Shown in pieces: positions 39,321-48,484 of a stretch of 64,000 nt of DNA. The stretch covers positions 304,055 to 368,054 of IMG/VR virus record IMGVR_UViG_3300005537_000001; one strand, written 5' to 3'. A model generated the notes under the pieces. That model was not told where the DNA came from. It saw nothing but the letters and a program-made list of their open reading frames with translations, and did no database searches. Numbering within the stretch: position 1 is the stretch's first letter; each line of letters begins with the position of its first letter. A program made the position numbers and the translations under genes.

Positions 39321-39885
39321 TTCCAAGAGTAAAGGTTCCGGGTTCGAGGGACTTGTCGCTAACAAGCTCTCCGCGGCCCTAGCGCCGCTAAAATTCATTC
39401 GCACCCAGGGTTCCGGAGCTCGGGTTGGTGGCAAAAACTTTGAGACGCTAGGTCAAATGTTCGGTGAGGACGCGCTTAAGCTGTTTGTTGGAGATGTTGT
39501 TCCGGTTAATGAAAAGAATGCCGGCGTTACATTCCTCCACGCGATTGAGTGCAAGTCATACAAGACACCTGATAACTTTCCAGCTCTAGTTTCAGGCAAC
39601 AGCAATCTATTCAAGTGGATGAAAGAAGCTGAGGACGATGCGGTTAAGGTGAAGCGCAACCCGCTTCTTATCTTCAAGTGGAACAACACTCCTATCTTCG
39701 TAGCGCATTCAGCACAGCTCCGTCATCCCGTTCGCCTCTCCCTTCAACAGGATGCCAAGGTAATCTACATCAACTATCTGGATGATCTGCTAAAGTACCC
39801 AAAGTTTTGGTATGATGTACTAGAGCAACCTGTAATTCCCAATATTGATCAACGTGAAAACTACTCTTTACAGGATAAAAAATGA
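39280..39885 (+). CDS. PD-(D/E)xK nuclease, Holliday junction resolvase-like
   Basis: SK.KG..FE..VA..LS; R..GSGA; GDV; IECK.Y; PLLIFK. Confidence 0.75.
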   Translation: MDQIIEKPKKKRLNSKSKGSGFEGLVANKLSAALAPLKFIRTQGSGARVGGKNFETLGQMFGEDALKLFVGDVVPVNEKNAGVTFLHAIECKSYKTPDNFPALVSGNSNLFKWMKEAEDDAVKVKRNPLLIFKWNNTPIFVAHSAQLRHPVRLSLQQDAKVIYINYLDDLLKYPKFWYDVLEQPVIPNIDQRENYSLQDKK

Positions 39886-40142
39886 ATCTCAAAAAAGCAA
39901 AATCAATTCGAGCCCTTGTGTTACAATTAGTCAAGAAAGAAGTTATCAAGGGTCCATGGGCACAATATGGAACCGTCACTCACTCGAAGGAATTTCCGAC
40001 TGGAAAGTTTGACGATAAGGGTGAGAAGGTAATGGATAAAGTCGAGCACAAGCAGATCGTTCTAAATCCAAACTGCCCCAAAGGTGTCTATCGTCGCATG
40101 AAGAAGACATCAATGGCATCAGTTTTAGCTGGGCAAACATGA
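39882..40142 (+). CDS. Hypothetical protein
   Basis: Coupled ORF; KA..IR...L...C.KG.YR..KK pattern. Confidence 0.65.
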   Translation: MNLKKAKSIRALVLQLVKKEVIKGPWAQYGTVTHSKEFPTGKFDDKGEKVMDKVEHKQIVLNPNCPKGVYRRMKKTSMASVLAGQT

Positions 40143-40345
40143 GCGAGTTGACTAAACTCATCGAGGTAGAACTAGATGAAGCGCTCACCTATCTAGGTGA
40201 ACTTGATGCCGTTTGGAAAAAGAAGTGGAGCGATGAACACCCAAATAGCATCTGCAATGATGGCGTGACATCGCCTGCCATTATGATCAATTATCACTTC
40301 AACGAAATACGCAGAATTTTACGCGCGGCAACAAAACATGATTGA
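40139..40345 (+). CDS. Hypothetical protein
   Basis: ATGA-coupled ORF. Confidence 0.55.
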   Translation: MSELTKLIEVELDEALTYLGELDAVWKKKWSDEHPNSICNDGVTSPAIMINYHFNEIRRILRAATKHD

Positions 40346-40544
40346 AGAACAAACATTCACCGACACAGCCTCTACTGATTATGCCGGATACAACGCATGG
40401 GAAGCTAGATGTCGTGAGCTGAAGCTCAGCGGTCCTCATAGGGTATCGAATACTACCATATGGCAGTTTACGGACGAAAATGGAACTGCCGCCATCTACA
40501 ATACTTTATCCGGCGGTGGAGTGATTTTTAGAAGAGAATCATGA
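40338..40544 (+). CDS. Hypothetical protein
   Basis: Overlap-coupled ORF. Confidence 0.55.
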   Translation: MIEEQTFTDTASTDYAGYNAWEARCRELKLSGPHRVSNTTIWQFTDENGTAAIYNTLSGGGVIFRRES

Positions 40545-41047
40545 TAGAAATAAAAGCGCCAAATAGAGTCCAAGGACATTACAATTCCTGGCTGAAAATT
40601 TTTCTTGCCGGATCAATTGAGATGGGTAAGGCAGAAGCGTGGCAAGCTCGAGTAGCGGCGGACATGAAAGATTATCATGTTGTTCTTCTCAATCCAAGAC
40701 GCGATGATTGGGACAACAGCTGGGTGCAGTGCATTGAAAATGCCCAATTTAACGAACAGGTAACTTGGGAACAGGATCAAATTGCTGATGCTGACATAGT
40801 TATTTTCTATTTCGATCCAAAAACGATGTCTCCGATTACCCTGATGGAGCTTGGATTCACTTTAGGCAAAGGCTGCCAGAGCGTTATCGTGTGCTGCCCA
40901 GAGGGATATGAACGGAAGGGTAACGTGGATATCATGTGCGCCAGAGCTCCGAAAAATTACGTAACTCTCGTAGAAACATACGACGATCTCATCAAATCAC
41001 TAAAAGACCATCTAAAGTATGCTGACCTTCCATCCGCTGGATGTTGA
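40541..41047 (+). CDS. Nucleoside 2-deoxyribosyltransferase-like protein
   Basis: IFLAGSI....A..WQ; NPRR.DW; QV.WE...I..AD; SPITL.ELG; VCCP.GY.RKGNV. Confidence 0.85.
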   Translation: MIEIKAPNRVQGHYNSWLKIFLAGSIEMGKAEAWQARVAADMKDYHVVLLNPRRDDWDNSWVQCIENAQFNEQVTWEQDQIADADIVIFYFDPKTMSPITLMELGFTLGKGCQSVIVCCPEGYERKGNVDIMCARAPKNYVTLVETYDDLIKSLKDHLKYADLPSAGC

Positions 41048-42296
41048 TCGCGAGCTAGACAGATCTAATCCTCTCTTCGTTGGTAACTTTTTCGACCTAA
41101 AGGGTATGTGGTGGAGGAAGCGGAAGCAGCGTCAGGGGTTGATCATATCGGTTGCCGTCGCGTGGTATCGCATCATGAAGAGCAATCCGGCTGCGGCGGG
41201 GTTTGTCGAGAAAGAAACGCTCATAACCAACCTTACCAATCAAGTCAAGGATGCCAGAGTAATCCTTGATAAATTTTTCAACGTAACGAAGATCGGCTTC
41301 AACTTCAACAATGGTAATAAAAGCCCTTCAACCATAACGCCGAAGCGACTTGGGAAGCGGATGCTAACCGCCATCAAGGAAATTCTCAAGGAAATTTATT
41401 TTTGCCCAGGCGCTCAACCAGTAGACGAAGCGCTTACAAAAAGCTACGTCCACGTGCAGAAAAATGCGAGTCACATTCTAGCTCGACTGAAGGAAGAAAA
41501 TCGTGAGGACCTCATTCCTCCGGTATCCTGGATACTGAGACAGGACTCTCCCATCACCTTTTACTTTAGGGCGAGCGGCGCCTTGCAGCAGCGCGACACG
41601 TCAGTGTGGCCGGTGCGCGCCATCGAGATGTGGCCAGGCTGGCTGCGCAAGGCGTTGTTCGGCACCACTGTAGATATTGAAAACGCGTATTCACAATTTC
41701 TAGTTGAGCATCTTAAGCTAAAATATGAAAACAGCCCGCTGCAGCTTAAGCTGCGGTATCCGGATGTCCTTCGTAGCGACAGCGATAAGCTAAACTTCAG
41801 GCTAGAGATCTTGCAGCTGCTCAAGCTTGAAAACAGCTACGATAACATGAAATACGTAAAGCGCATCTTGATGTCGTTGGCCAATGGTTCAAATGCATCC
41901 GCCGCGCTGATGACGAATGGAAGCGGTATGTCTGAAACCGTGGCGCTCGTCAATGAAGCCAATCCTAAGCTGCTTCCAACTGAACTCGCTGTTCTTGGAA
42001 ACCGGCTTTCCAGCATCGTGAAGCAGTTTAGGGCAGCTCGGCGTGATCTCTGCCTGTACCTCTTGAAGGAAAAACCGACGCGCGCAAATCAAAAGAAAAT
42101 ATTCAAGATGTACATGGCGTGGGAACGGACAGCTCGATACAAGATATGGAATGCAGCTGGACAGTCAGGCTTGCACCTCCACGACGGCGTTGATGGAATC
42201 GTAACGGACAAGTCAGACAGTGAGCTTACCAGCCATATAGCACGACAAACTTCGCTGCGCGTAAGCGTCAGCACACCACTAGCAGAGGCAGCATAA
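41019..42296 (+). CDS. Family-A-like (TV-Pol-type) nucleic acid polymerase, stand-alone
   Basis: Ordered motifs: WP..LR..LF, motif A VDIENAY, motif B VKRILMSLANG, Y..WE, motif C LHLHDG. Confidence 0.55.
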   Translation: MLTFHPLDVDRELDRSNPLFVGNFFDLKGMWWRKRKQRQGLIISVAVAWYRIMKSNPAAAGFVEKETLITNLTNQVKDARVILDKFFNVTKIGFNFNNGNKSPSTITPKRLGKRMLTAIKEILKEIYFCPGAQPVDEALTKSYVHVQKNASHILARLKEENREDLIPPVSWILRQDSPITFYFRASGALQQRDTSVWPVRAIEMWPGWLRKALFGTTVDIENAYSQFLVEHLKLKYENSPLQLKLRYPDVLRSDSDKLNFRLEILQLLKLENSYDNMKYVKRILMSLANGSNASAALMTNGSGMSETVALVNEANPKLLPTELAVLGNRLSSIVKQFRAARRDLCLYLLKEKPTRANQKKIFKMYMAWERTARYKIWNAAGQSGLHLHDGVDGIVTDKSDSELTSHIARQTSLRVSVSTPLAEAA

Positions 42297-42688
42297 TGAT
42301 AACTGTAAAACTTCAAGAGCTTAATAAGAAAAATCTCAATGGGCGCATCTATCCTACAGCCGTAGTAGAAAAAGCGATTGAAAGCGCTAAGGAGCGTATC
42401 GAAAACGGTAATTTTTGGGGAACTCTTGGTGTACCGCAAGGTCCATCAATTCCACTTGACTTGATATCGCATAGAGTGCTTGCGCTAAGAATCGAGGGTG
42501 ACTATTTGGTCGGCGATGTAAAAATTTTAGATACGCCCATGGCTCGAACGTATCAGGAGATAGAAGAAAGTAAGCTATATTCTGTCACGTGGCGCCCGAT
42601 GGGTACAGGAAAGGTAGATAATGATGGTGTTATAACAGATTATAACATCATGGGAATAACAGCAATTCCTGCAACTGACGCAGCTTAA
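42296..42688 (+). CDS. Prohead-protease (gp21) paralogue lacking the catalytic His and Ser
   Basis: Aligns to 49241-49858: KNLNGRIYP, I.L..[IV]SH, G..[KR]IL.TP, GTG.V...G; GELNHP becomes GTLGVP and GVSSRG becomes TWRPMG. Confidence 0.75.
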   Translation: MITVKLQELNKKNLNGRIYPTAVVEKAIESAKERIENGNFWGTLGVPQGPSIPLDLISHRVLALRIEGDYLVGDVKILDTPMARTYQEIEESKLYSVTWRPMGTGKVDNDGVITDYNIMGITAIPATDAA

Positions 42689-42720
42689 AAATATGGGCTA
42701 CCTAGGTAGCCCATATTTTT
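42687..42720. terminator. Bidirectional terminator, perfect 34-bp palindrome
   Basis: AAAAATATGGGCTACCTAGGTAGCCCATATTTTT between convergent genes. Confidence 0.85.
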
Positions 42721-42750
42721 GTTCCCCGTCTGAGTGTTTGAGGTCAGGGG

Positions 42751-42948
42751 TTAATAAACAGGTGACGGTGATTTAGCTGCTATTTCCAAACGCTTGTTGA
42801 TGAATTCAACCGCCAACTCGCGTTCTGCCTGAGACATACCGAGCACGTCATGATAGCTCCATGCTCCTCTAGAAAAGTAAGATATTTCAATCGCCGATCT
42901 TACTATTCCCTTTATCTCGGAACCAAGCTTCATGATGACTCGGTTCAT
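42751..42948 (-). CDS. gp51-like small baseplate/tail assembly chaperone; possibly also the -1 frameshift extension of the upstream gene
   Basis: Y..RG.WSY..VL.MS..ER....EFI.KR motif; own ATG at 42948; frame is open back through the upstream T-TTT-TTC site. Confidence 0.7.
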   Translation of the reverse strand: MNRVIMKLGSEIKGIVRSAIEISYFSRGAWSYHDVLGMSQAERELAVEFINKRLEIAAKSPSPVY

Positions 42949-42971
42949 AGCGTCCAGATCCCCGGCCCTTA

Positions 42972-43793
42972 TTACTCTGTGAAAAAAGACACTGGGTTGA
43001 TTGGTATTTCTACGGCATAGTCGGTGCCACAATCCTTGCACTTACATGTCCATTTCAAATTTGATCCCCAGTCATTGATCTTTTCAATCTTTTCAGCTAT
43101 TCTGTTTACCACCGGTGATGGTATCTTCCTAATCCATTCTTCAATCTTGACTGGATCAGAAATCCATGCAGCCCCCGCGCTGACGGATTCAATAACTCCA
43201 AGCAGCATCATAATCAGATTTCTTTGCTGATCTTCAACAGTTATTTCTTTCTTGTTCTCGTTTGCCTTAATAAGGTCAAGCACCTGCTGGTACTTGTTAG
43301 GGCGCAGCTTAACCACTTGACCGGTTGGTAGGTTGACCGTATATTGCGACGTAATTACGGTTGGGTCAATTATCTTCATGCCGTTGATCAATTCTTCCAC
43401 GTTTGCAACGTATGAATAATCATTGAACGGTTTTATCTTGCCGTTAAACTCACCGCAGCCGTGATGGGCCATGAATTCGTATGACGCCCCATACGTAACG
43501 GTTCTTAGGAAGAGCATTATCGCGTCAACATCCTTCGAAAGCAGCTCAGATGGCTTCTTAACTCCCTTTATGCACGTCATGAACACCGTGTTAACCGCGG
43601 CTCCGCTGAACAGCTGATCTGGGTTCTTCATGTTGATTTCATCCAAGGCCGACATGGGGTAGACGTGTACCTCACCGTCCTTGACGTTTTCATCCAGCTC
43701 ACCGTTGTGGTAAAAAATACCGCGTGAAGGAAGTTGGAAGATTCTGCCTGGAAGCTTAAGCCCCTCAAGCAGTGGGTTTGACTCTGTCGTCAT
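42972..43793 (-). CDS. Baseplate hub assembly chaperone, gp26-like
   Basis: NPL; LPSRG.FY; V.PMSA.DEI; D.DAI...LR..TYG; C-terminal CKDC and terminal P..FF. Confidence 0.8.
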   Translation of the reverse strand: MTTESNPLLEGLKLPGRIFQLPSRGIFYHNGELDENVKDGEVHVYPMSALDEINMKNPDQLFSGAAVNTVFMTCIKGVKKPSELLSKDVDAIMLFLRTVTYGASYEFMAHHGCGEFNGKIKPFNDYSYVANVEELINGMKIIDPTVITSQYTVNLPTGQVVKLRPNKYQQVLDLIKANENKKEITVEDQQRNLIMMLLGVIESVSAGAAWISDPVKIEEWIRKIPSPVVNRIAEKIEKINDWGSNLKWTCKCKDCGTDYAVEIPINPVSFFTE

Positions 43794-43828
43794 CCTGGGC
43801 TCCTATGTTTTGTGAATATCTGATCAGG

Positions 43829-43854
43829 GATAAATAACGTATCGTTTATTTACA
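43829..43854. promoter_or_regulatory. Pair of face-to-face late promoters
   Basis: GATAAATA (+, 43829-43836) and TGTAAATA (-, 43847-43854). Confidence 0.55.
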
Positions 43855-43887
43855 TCGTTAGACATCTTCACCGGAAGCACATTTTCT

Positions 43888-46788
43888 ATGGCAAGATTAG
43901 ATCCCTCTCAGCAATCTTTATTTGACGCTCTAACCAAGGCGTGGGGTCGAGGTCCAGGTGATTCCGGACAAGGTGGTGGTTCAGCGTCTATCGGCGTTAC
44001 AGAATTTGTAAAGGCCGTTAAAAATTCCAAAGACAAGCTTGAAAAGCTTTCTACATCGATAGAGAAGCTGCTGGTTGAAAACGGCGATCAAGAGGATGCG
44101 GTGGAAAAGGCAACCGCCGTCCTAATCAAATCAACCCAATCATTTGGCGATCTTGACGCCGAGGTGCGAGAGCTACTTGGCAAGAGCCTACCGCAGGCGC
44201 GCGCGTATATCGAGAGCGTTTCACGGGCCAGCAAGGATCTTACTACCGGTCTTGGAAAAACAATCCGCAACCAATCGTTATTTGGTGCCGCGCTTCTAGA
44301 AAGTCACGCTGAGGTACAGCGCGGCACGCTAGCATATTCAAACATGCTTGGTAACATGTATGATGCAGCAAATGGTCTAAGCGAAGGTCTTCTGCGTCAG
44401 GCAAACTTGTGGGATGAAAATTCGAATTCGATAAGAAAAAATCTTGATCCACAGGATTTTGCTAGACTTCACGTTGCGATTGGTCAAGCTCAAACTGCCG
44501 TAGTTGAAAATTTGGGCGGCATCGAGGGTATGGGAAAACTATCAGCCCTCTCGGCGCTTAGTCAAGAACAATTCATCAATACTACCAGCGCGAACAGCGA
44601 GGCCGGTAAAAAGCTTCAATCGCAGCTGATCGCAGCGGCCCTTCAGCTTGAAGCGCTTGGGCAACATTTGGAGATACCTGGTGTTGGCGGTGCTACTGAA
44701 AAGGTCACGCTAACTCAGCATGGGCAAGTTAATCAAGCTGCCATAGATGCTCTGCAGGGAGATGCTGGTAAGCTGCAGGCGCTGACCCAAGCTCTTCTCA
44801 AGAATGTAGCTGAAAACAACGCCGCAAGCAGGAAATTCGCTGAAATAGCAAAAAATTCAAGCACGCTCGTAGGTGGTTTACTTTCTCACATAACAAGCAT
44901 CGGATCCCATTTAACTGGTTTAGAAGTTGCTGCTGAATTTGCAAAGCGTGGACTATTCTTGCTTGGCGATACCGCGACAATTAAGAAATCTTTCGACCTG
45001 ATGAAAGAAGGAGTGATGGGGGCGGTCAAGCAGATCGCCGACTTCAACAATGCCGGCGTCCCAGCTTCGTTCAAAAATGTTACGCTGGAATCATTCAAGC
45101 TGGGTATGTCCTTCTCAGAAACCGTTGAGTTCATGCAACAAAACAAACGGCAGATCGCGCTGTTCGGTGGTAGCTTTGACAGCTTGACCGATAACTATAA
45201 GGCAACCTTCCAAAAATTTGGCATAACGATGAAGCAGGGCGCTGAGGTAGTTGGCCCAGCATTTGAAGCTGCCATCGCCACCGGGATAAATGTCAAGAGC
45301 GGTGATCAAGTTAACAAGTTTACGGATTCACTACTTTCATCATTTAGCGATCTGCGCGGTGCCGTCAACGTTACGGCTGGAGAATACGCTAAGCAGACAG
45401 CCGCCCTCATCGCCTCATCGGAAGTTCAAGGCAACATCTTGGGCTTGGATAAAGAAGCATCAATCCAGCGCGTCAAGGATATCTTTCAACAGCAAAAATA
45501 CTATGTGTCTCAGGGGTTATCCCTGGAGGCAGCTAACGATCTTATCAAGGCCCAAAACGCTCAGAAGAATGAAGCTGTAAAGGATCAACTTGCCAATGCT
45601 GCAAAGTTGGCTCTCGGCGCGCAAATCGCCGGACTCAACGGTCAACAGGTAGCCCAGATACAAAGACTGTATCTCAAGGGCGCCGCTAGAACTAAGGAAG
45701 AAAATGTCCAGTTTGATAAGCTGAAACAGCAAAGAGCCGCGGGGTTAGCTGGTAGAACCGCGCGGGCCAACGCTACCGGTGATATTGGTACAATTCTCGG
45801 CACTCAAGTTGGAAATCAATTTGTAGAAAATCTCACTGGTTCGGCCGCCGCCGGTCAGCAGGCAGCCAACACTGAGGCTGCATCGGCTAAAGCTGGAAAT
45901 CAACTCACGGATGATCAGCTAGCTCAGGCTGCTGCAGCAGCAAAAGGCAGCGAGTCTATCGCTGGATTAGGTAACGTTGCTAATACCTTAACATCTGTAT
46001 TTTCGAATCCCCTAACCAAGTCAATATTTGGCGCTACCGGTGGCCTGATTGGTCTCGCGCTTCAATCGCTGTTAACAGCTCGTTCCCTTGGACAAATCGG
46101 TGGAAGCTTTGGCAACCTCGGTGGTCTATTCAAGAAGCTGTTCGGTGGAGGTGCGGCTACAGCTGCGGTAGAAGGAGCTGAAAAGGTTGTTGAATCATCT
46201 GGCGCCAAGGCGGCAGAAAAGGTAGCTGAAAAAGGTGGACTAAAGGTCGCCGAGAAGATCGGTGCAAAAACCATCGGTAAATCCCTCCTAAAAGCTATCC
46301 CAGGTATTGGTTTGATCGCCGCCCTTGGCTTCGGCGCCCAGAGAGCCTTCGGCGGAGATTTCAAGGGAGCAGGTTTGGAAGTCGCTTCGGGTGCCGCGAG
46401 CCTTATTCCAGGAGTCGGCACCGCAGCATCTCTAGCTATTGACGCTGGTATAGCAGGTCGAGACTTCGTTAACGCGAGTGAGGCAGCTGGCAAACCTCCA
46501 ATCCCTGGTCAGCCTGGCGCAGGTGAGACTGCAGTAAATACTACAGGTACGACTGGTGAAGCATCTCCAACCGATAAATCATGGGTTGTTCAGGATCCTA
46601 CGTCTCATGATTATTTGAGCGCGATCGCCGACAGCATGATTCAAGCCGTAAAGCTTCTTCAGATGATATCCGATAACGGTAATCCTGAAGCTAGCAACGT
46701 GGTCGTAGAGCGGCTTAAGGCTGGTGGCGTCAAGAATATACCAACCGCTACCTCATATACGACTGGCAGGCAGATGGCTGCAGCTTAA
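43888..46788 (+). CDS. Tape-measure-like protein (966 aa)
   Basis: Ala/Gly/Gln-rich and helical; C-terminal K.IPG.G...G..R...GD..GA.L...G.AS.IPG.GT motif; next to the gp26-like chaperone. Confidence 0.65.
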   Translation: MARLDPSQQSLFDALTKAWGRGPGDSGQGGGSASIGVTEFVKAVKNSKDKLEKLSTSIEKLLVENGDQEDAVEKATAVLIKSTQSFGDLDAEVRELLGKSLPQARAYIESVSRASKDLTTGLGKTIRNQSLFGAALLESHAEVQRGTLAYSNMLGNMYDAANGLSEGLLRQANLWDENSNSIRKNLDPQDFARLHVAIGQAQTAVVENLGGIEGMGKLSALSALSQEQFINTTSANSEAGKKLQSQLIAAALQLEALGQHLEIPGVGGATEKVTLTQHGQVNQAAIDALQGDAGKLQALTQALLKNVAENNAASRKFAEIAKNSSTLVGGLLSHITSIGSHLTGLEVAAEFAKRGLFLLGDTATIKKSFDLMKEGVMGAVKQIADFNNAGVPASFKNVTLESFKLGMSFSETVEFMQQNKRQIALFGGSFDSLTDNYKATFQKFGITMKQGAEVVGPAFEAAIATGINVKSGDQVNKFTDSLLSSFSDLRGAVNVTAGEYAKQTAALIASSEVQGNILGLDKEASIQRVKDIFQQQKYYVSQGLSLEAANDLIKAQNAQKNEAVKDQLANAAKLALGAQIAGLNGQQVAQIQRLYLKGAARTKEENVQFDKLKQQRAAGLAGRTARANATGDIGTILGTQVGNQFVENLTGSAAAGQQAANTEAASAKAGNQLTDDQLAQAAAAAKGSESIAGLGNVANTLTSVFSNPLTKSIFGATGGLIGLALQSLLTARSLGQIGGSFGNLGGLFKKLFGGGAATAAVEGAEKVVESSGAKAAEKVAEKGGLKVAEKIGAKTIGKSLLKAIPGIGLIAALGFGAQRAFGGDFKGAGLEVASGAASLIPGVGTAASLAIDAGIAGRDFVNASEAAGKPPIPGQPGAGETAVNTTGTTGEASPTDKSWVVQDPTSHDYLSAIADSMIQAVKLLQMISDNGNPEASNVVVERLKAGGVKNIPTATSYTTGRQMAAA

Positions 46789-46813
46789 GATAAAATCTCA
46801 AAGGAATAACTAA

Positions 46814-48448
46814 ATGGCATCTTGGGTAGATTATTGGCGAATCGTCACTCCCGCGTCGCGCAAGGCACAATATCAAAATCCTAACATCAACCTAGATGAT
46901 GGTATGGATCTCAATACAGCTGGGTACGCTTCATTCTCCACCGTAGCTTGGTTCTCGAACCTTCTCAAGGGAGCCACGGCCCGCCTGCAGCGCTACAAGC
47001 AGTACGATGCCATGGATTACGGTGACGTTGGTAGGGCCTTAGACATTATTTCTGAAGAACTTTCTAACGAGGACAAGCGCACCGGATTGCCGTTCATCAT
47101 TGATTATCAGACAGAAGAAAATCAACAGATTTCTGAAACTACGGTAACGACAGTTCGTGCCGCCCTGCGCCATTGGTCAAAATTTCACTCACTTGAAAAG
47201 CGCGTGTTTAACGTGGCGCGAGTGCTGTGCAAGTATGGTGATTGTTTTTTCCGCAAAACATCAGATACAAAGAAATGGGAATACGTAGATCCAACCCGCG
47301 TGATAGGTATTGAAATTAACGCTGAGGGTGAAAAGAAAGCATATCACATTCGTCCCTCCAGCTTCTCGAACTCAGTTGCCAGCGCCAAGGGAACAGCAAA
47401 GGGCGTAAGCTCATCGATGGAGTCAGTCGAAATTTCTCCAGCTTCAGCTATAATCCACTTCACGCTGTCGGACGACATGGGCGAGAGCGCGCCGTTTGGA
47501 TTGTCAATTCTTCAGGCAGCGTTTAAGGATTTCCAAAAGCTGACGATGCTGGAAGATGCGGCAATTATCTACCGCATAGTGAGAGCTCCAGAGCGCCGAG
47601 TATTCTACATTGACGTAGGCAACATGCCGCCGCAGCGCGTTAAGCAGTACATTGAGCAGGTGCGAAACGACATTAGGCAAAAGCGCCAGCCCAATACCGC
47701 CAACGCGAATCAAACTGATTCTCAGTACAACGCCGAAAGCATTCAAGAAGATTATTTCTTCCCAACGACCGCGAGTGGTCGCGGTAGCCGCGTTGAAACC
47801 CTCCCCGGCGGTGCAACGTGGGAAATTCCAGAGCTTGATTACTTCCTCAAGAAGGTGTTTAGAGCTCTCCGAGTACCTTCGTCGTACATGATTGGACAGG
47901 AGGCAGCCCCGCCGGGTGCGCAGTTCAACGACGGAAAGGTTGGCGTCGCTTACATGGAAGAGCGCATCTTCGCGAACTTCGTAATTCGCCTGCAGCAGTG
48001 CGTTGAGACAACCTTCGATGAGCAGTTTAAGACGTATCTCAAGGTAACTGGGATCAGCGTTGACCCTGAACTTTTCAAGCTTACGCTACCAGAACCACAG
48101 AACTTCGCTCTGTATCGTCAAGCCGCGCTTGACACCGATCTCATCGCGTCGTTCAAGGCGATTGAGGAAACCGGTTATCTTTCCAAGAGAATGATGATTG
48201 AGCGCTTCCTCGGACTTACCAAGGATGACATCGCGGCAAATGAGGTACAGATTAGACAGGAACGTGGCATCAAGGATGGTCTAAACATAGATGTCATACA
48301 GCAGATCTATGACCCAGCCGTTTATGAAAATCGCGACAAGCTTAAGGTAGATGATTCCGGTGAAGCCCCGCCTCCAGAGGCTGGCGGTGAAGAGACACCA
48401 GCTCCAGAAGCCGGAGGCGGTGAAACTCCAGAGACACCAGCAGCTTAA
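46814..48448 (+). CDS. Portal vertex protein gp20
   Basis: RY.QYD.MD; PFG.SIL; LEDA.IIYRI.RAPERRVFYIDVGNMPP; EDYFFP; GRGSRVETLPGG; ALRVPSSY. Confidence 0.95.
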   Translation: MASWVDYWRIVTPASRKAQYQNPNINLDDGMDLNTAGYASFSTVAWFSNLLKGATARLQRYKQYDAMDYGDVGRALDIISEELSNEDKRTGLPFIIDYQTEENQQISETTVTTVRAALRHWSKFHSLEKRVFNVARVLCKYGDCFFRKTSDTKKWEYVDPTRVIGIEINAEGEKKAYHIRPSSFSNSVASAKGTAKGVSSSMESVEISPASAIIHFTLSDDMGESAPFGLSILQAAFKDFQKLTMLEDAAIIYRIVRAPERRVFYIDVGNMPPQRVKQYIEQVRNDIRQKRQPNTANANQTDSQYNAESIQEDYFFPTTASGRGSRVETLPGGATWEIPELDYFLKKVFRALRVPSSYMIGQEAAPPGAQFNDGKVGVAYMEERIFANFVIRLQQCVETTFDEQFKTYLKVTGISVDPELFKLTLPEPQNFALYRQAALDTDLIASFKAIEETGYLSKRMMIERFLGLTKDDIAANEVQIRQERGIKDGLNIDVIQQIYDPAVYENRDKLKVDDSGEAPPPEAGGEETPAPEAGGGETPETPAA

Positions 48449-48451
48449 AGG

Positions 48452-48459
48452 CATAAATA
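48452..48459 (+). promoter_or_regulatory. Late promoter CATAAATA
   Basis: Directly after the portal stop. Confidence 0.75.
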
Positions 48460-48484
48460 CATGGTCCATAATTGAGACCATGAA

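Noticed and set aside
42949-43041. Track start at 43041 for the 96-aa ORF
   Set aside because: Lies inside the gp26-like gene; better explained by ATG 42948 or the -1 frameshift
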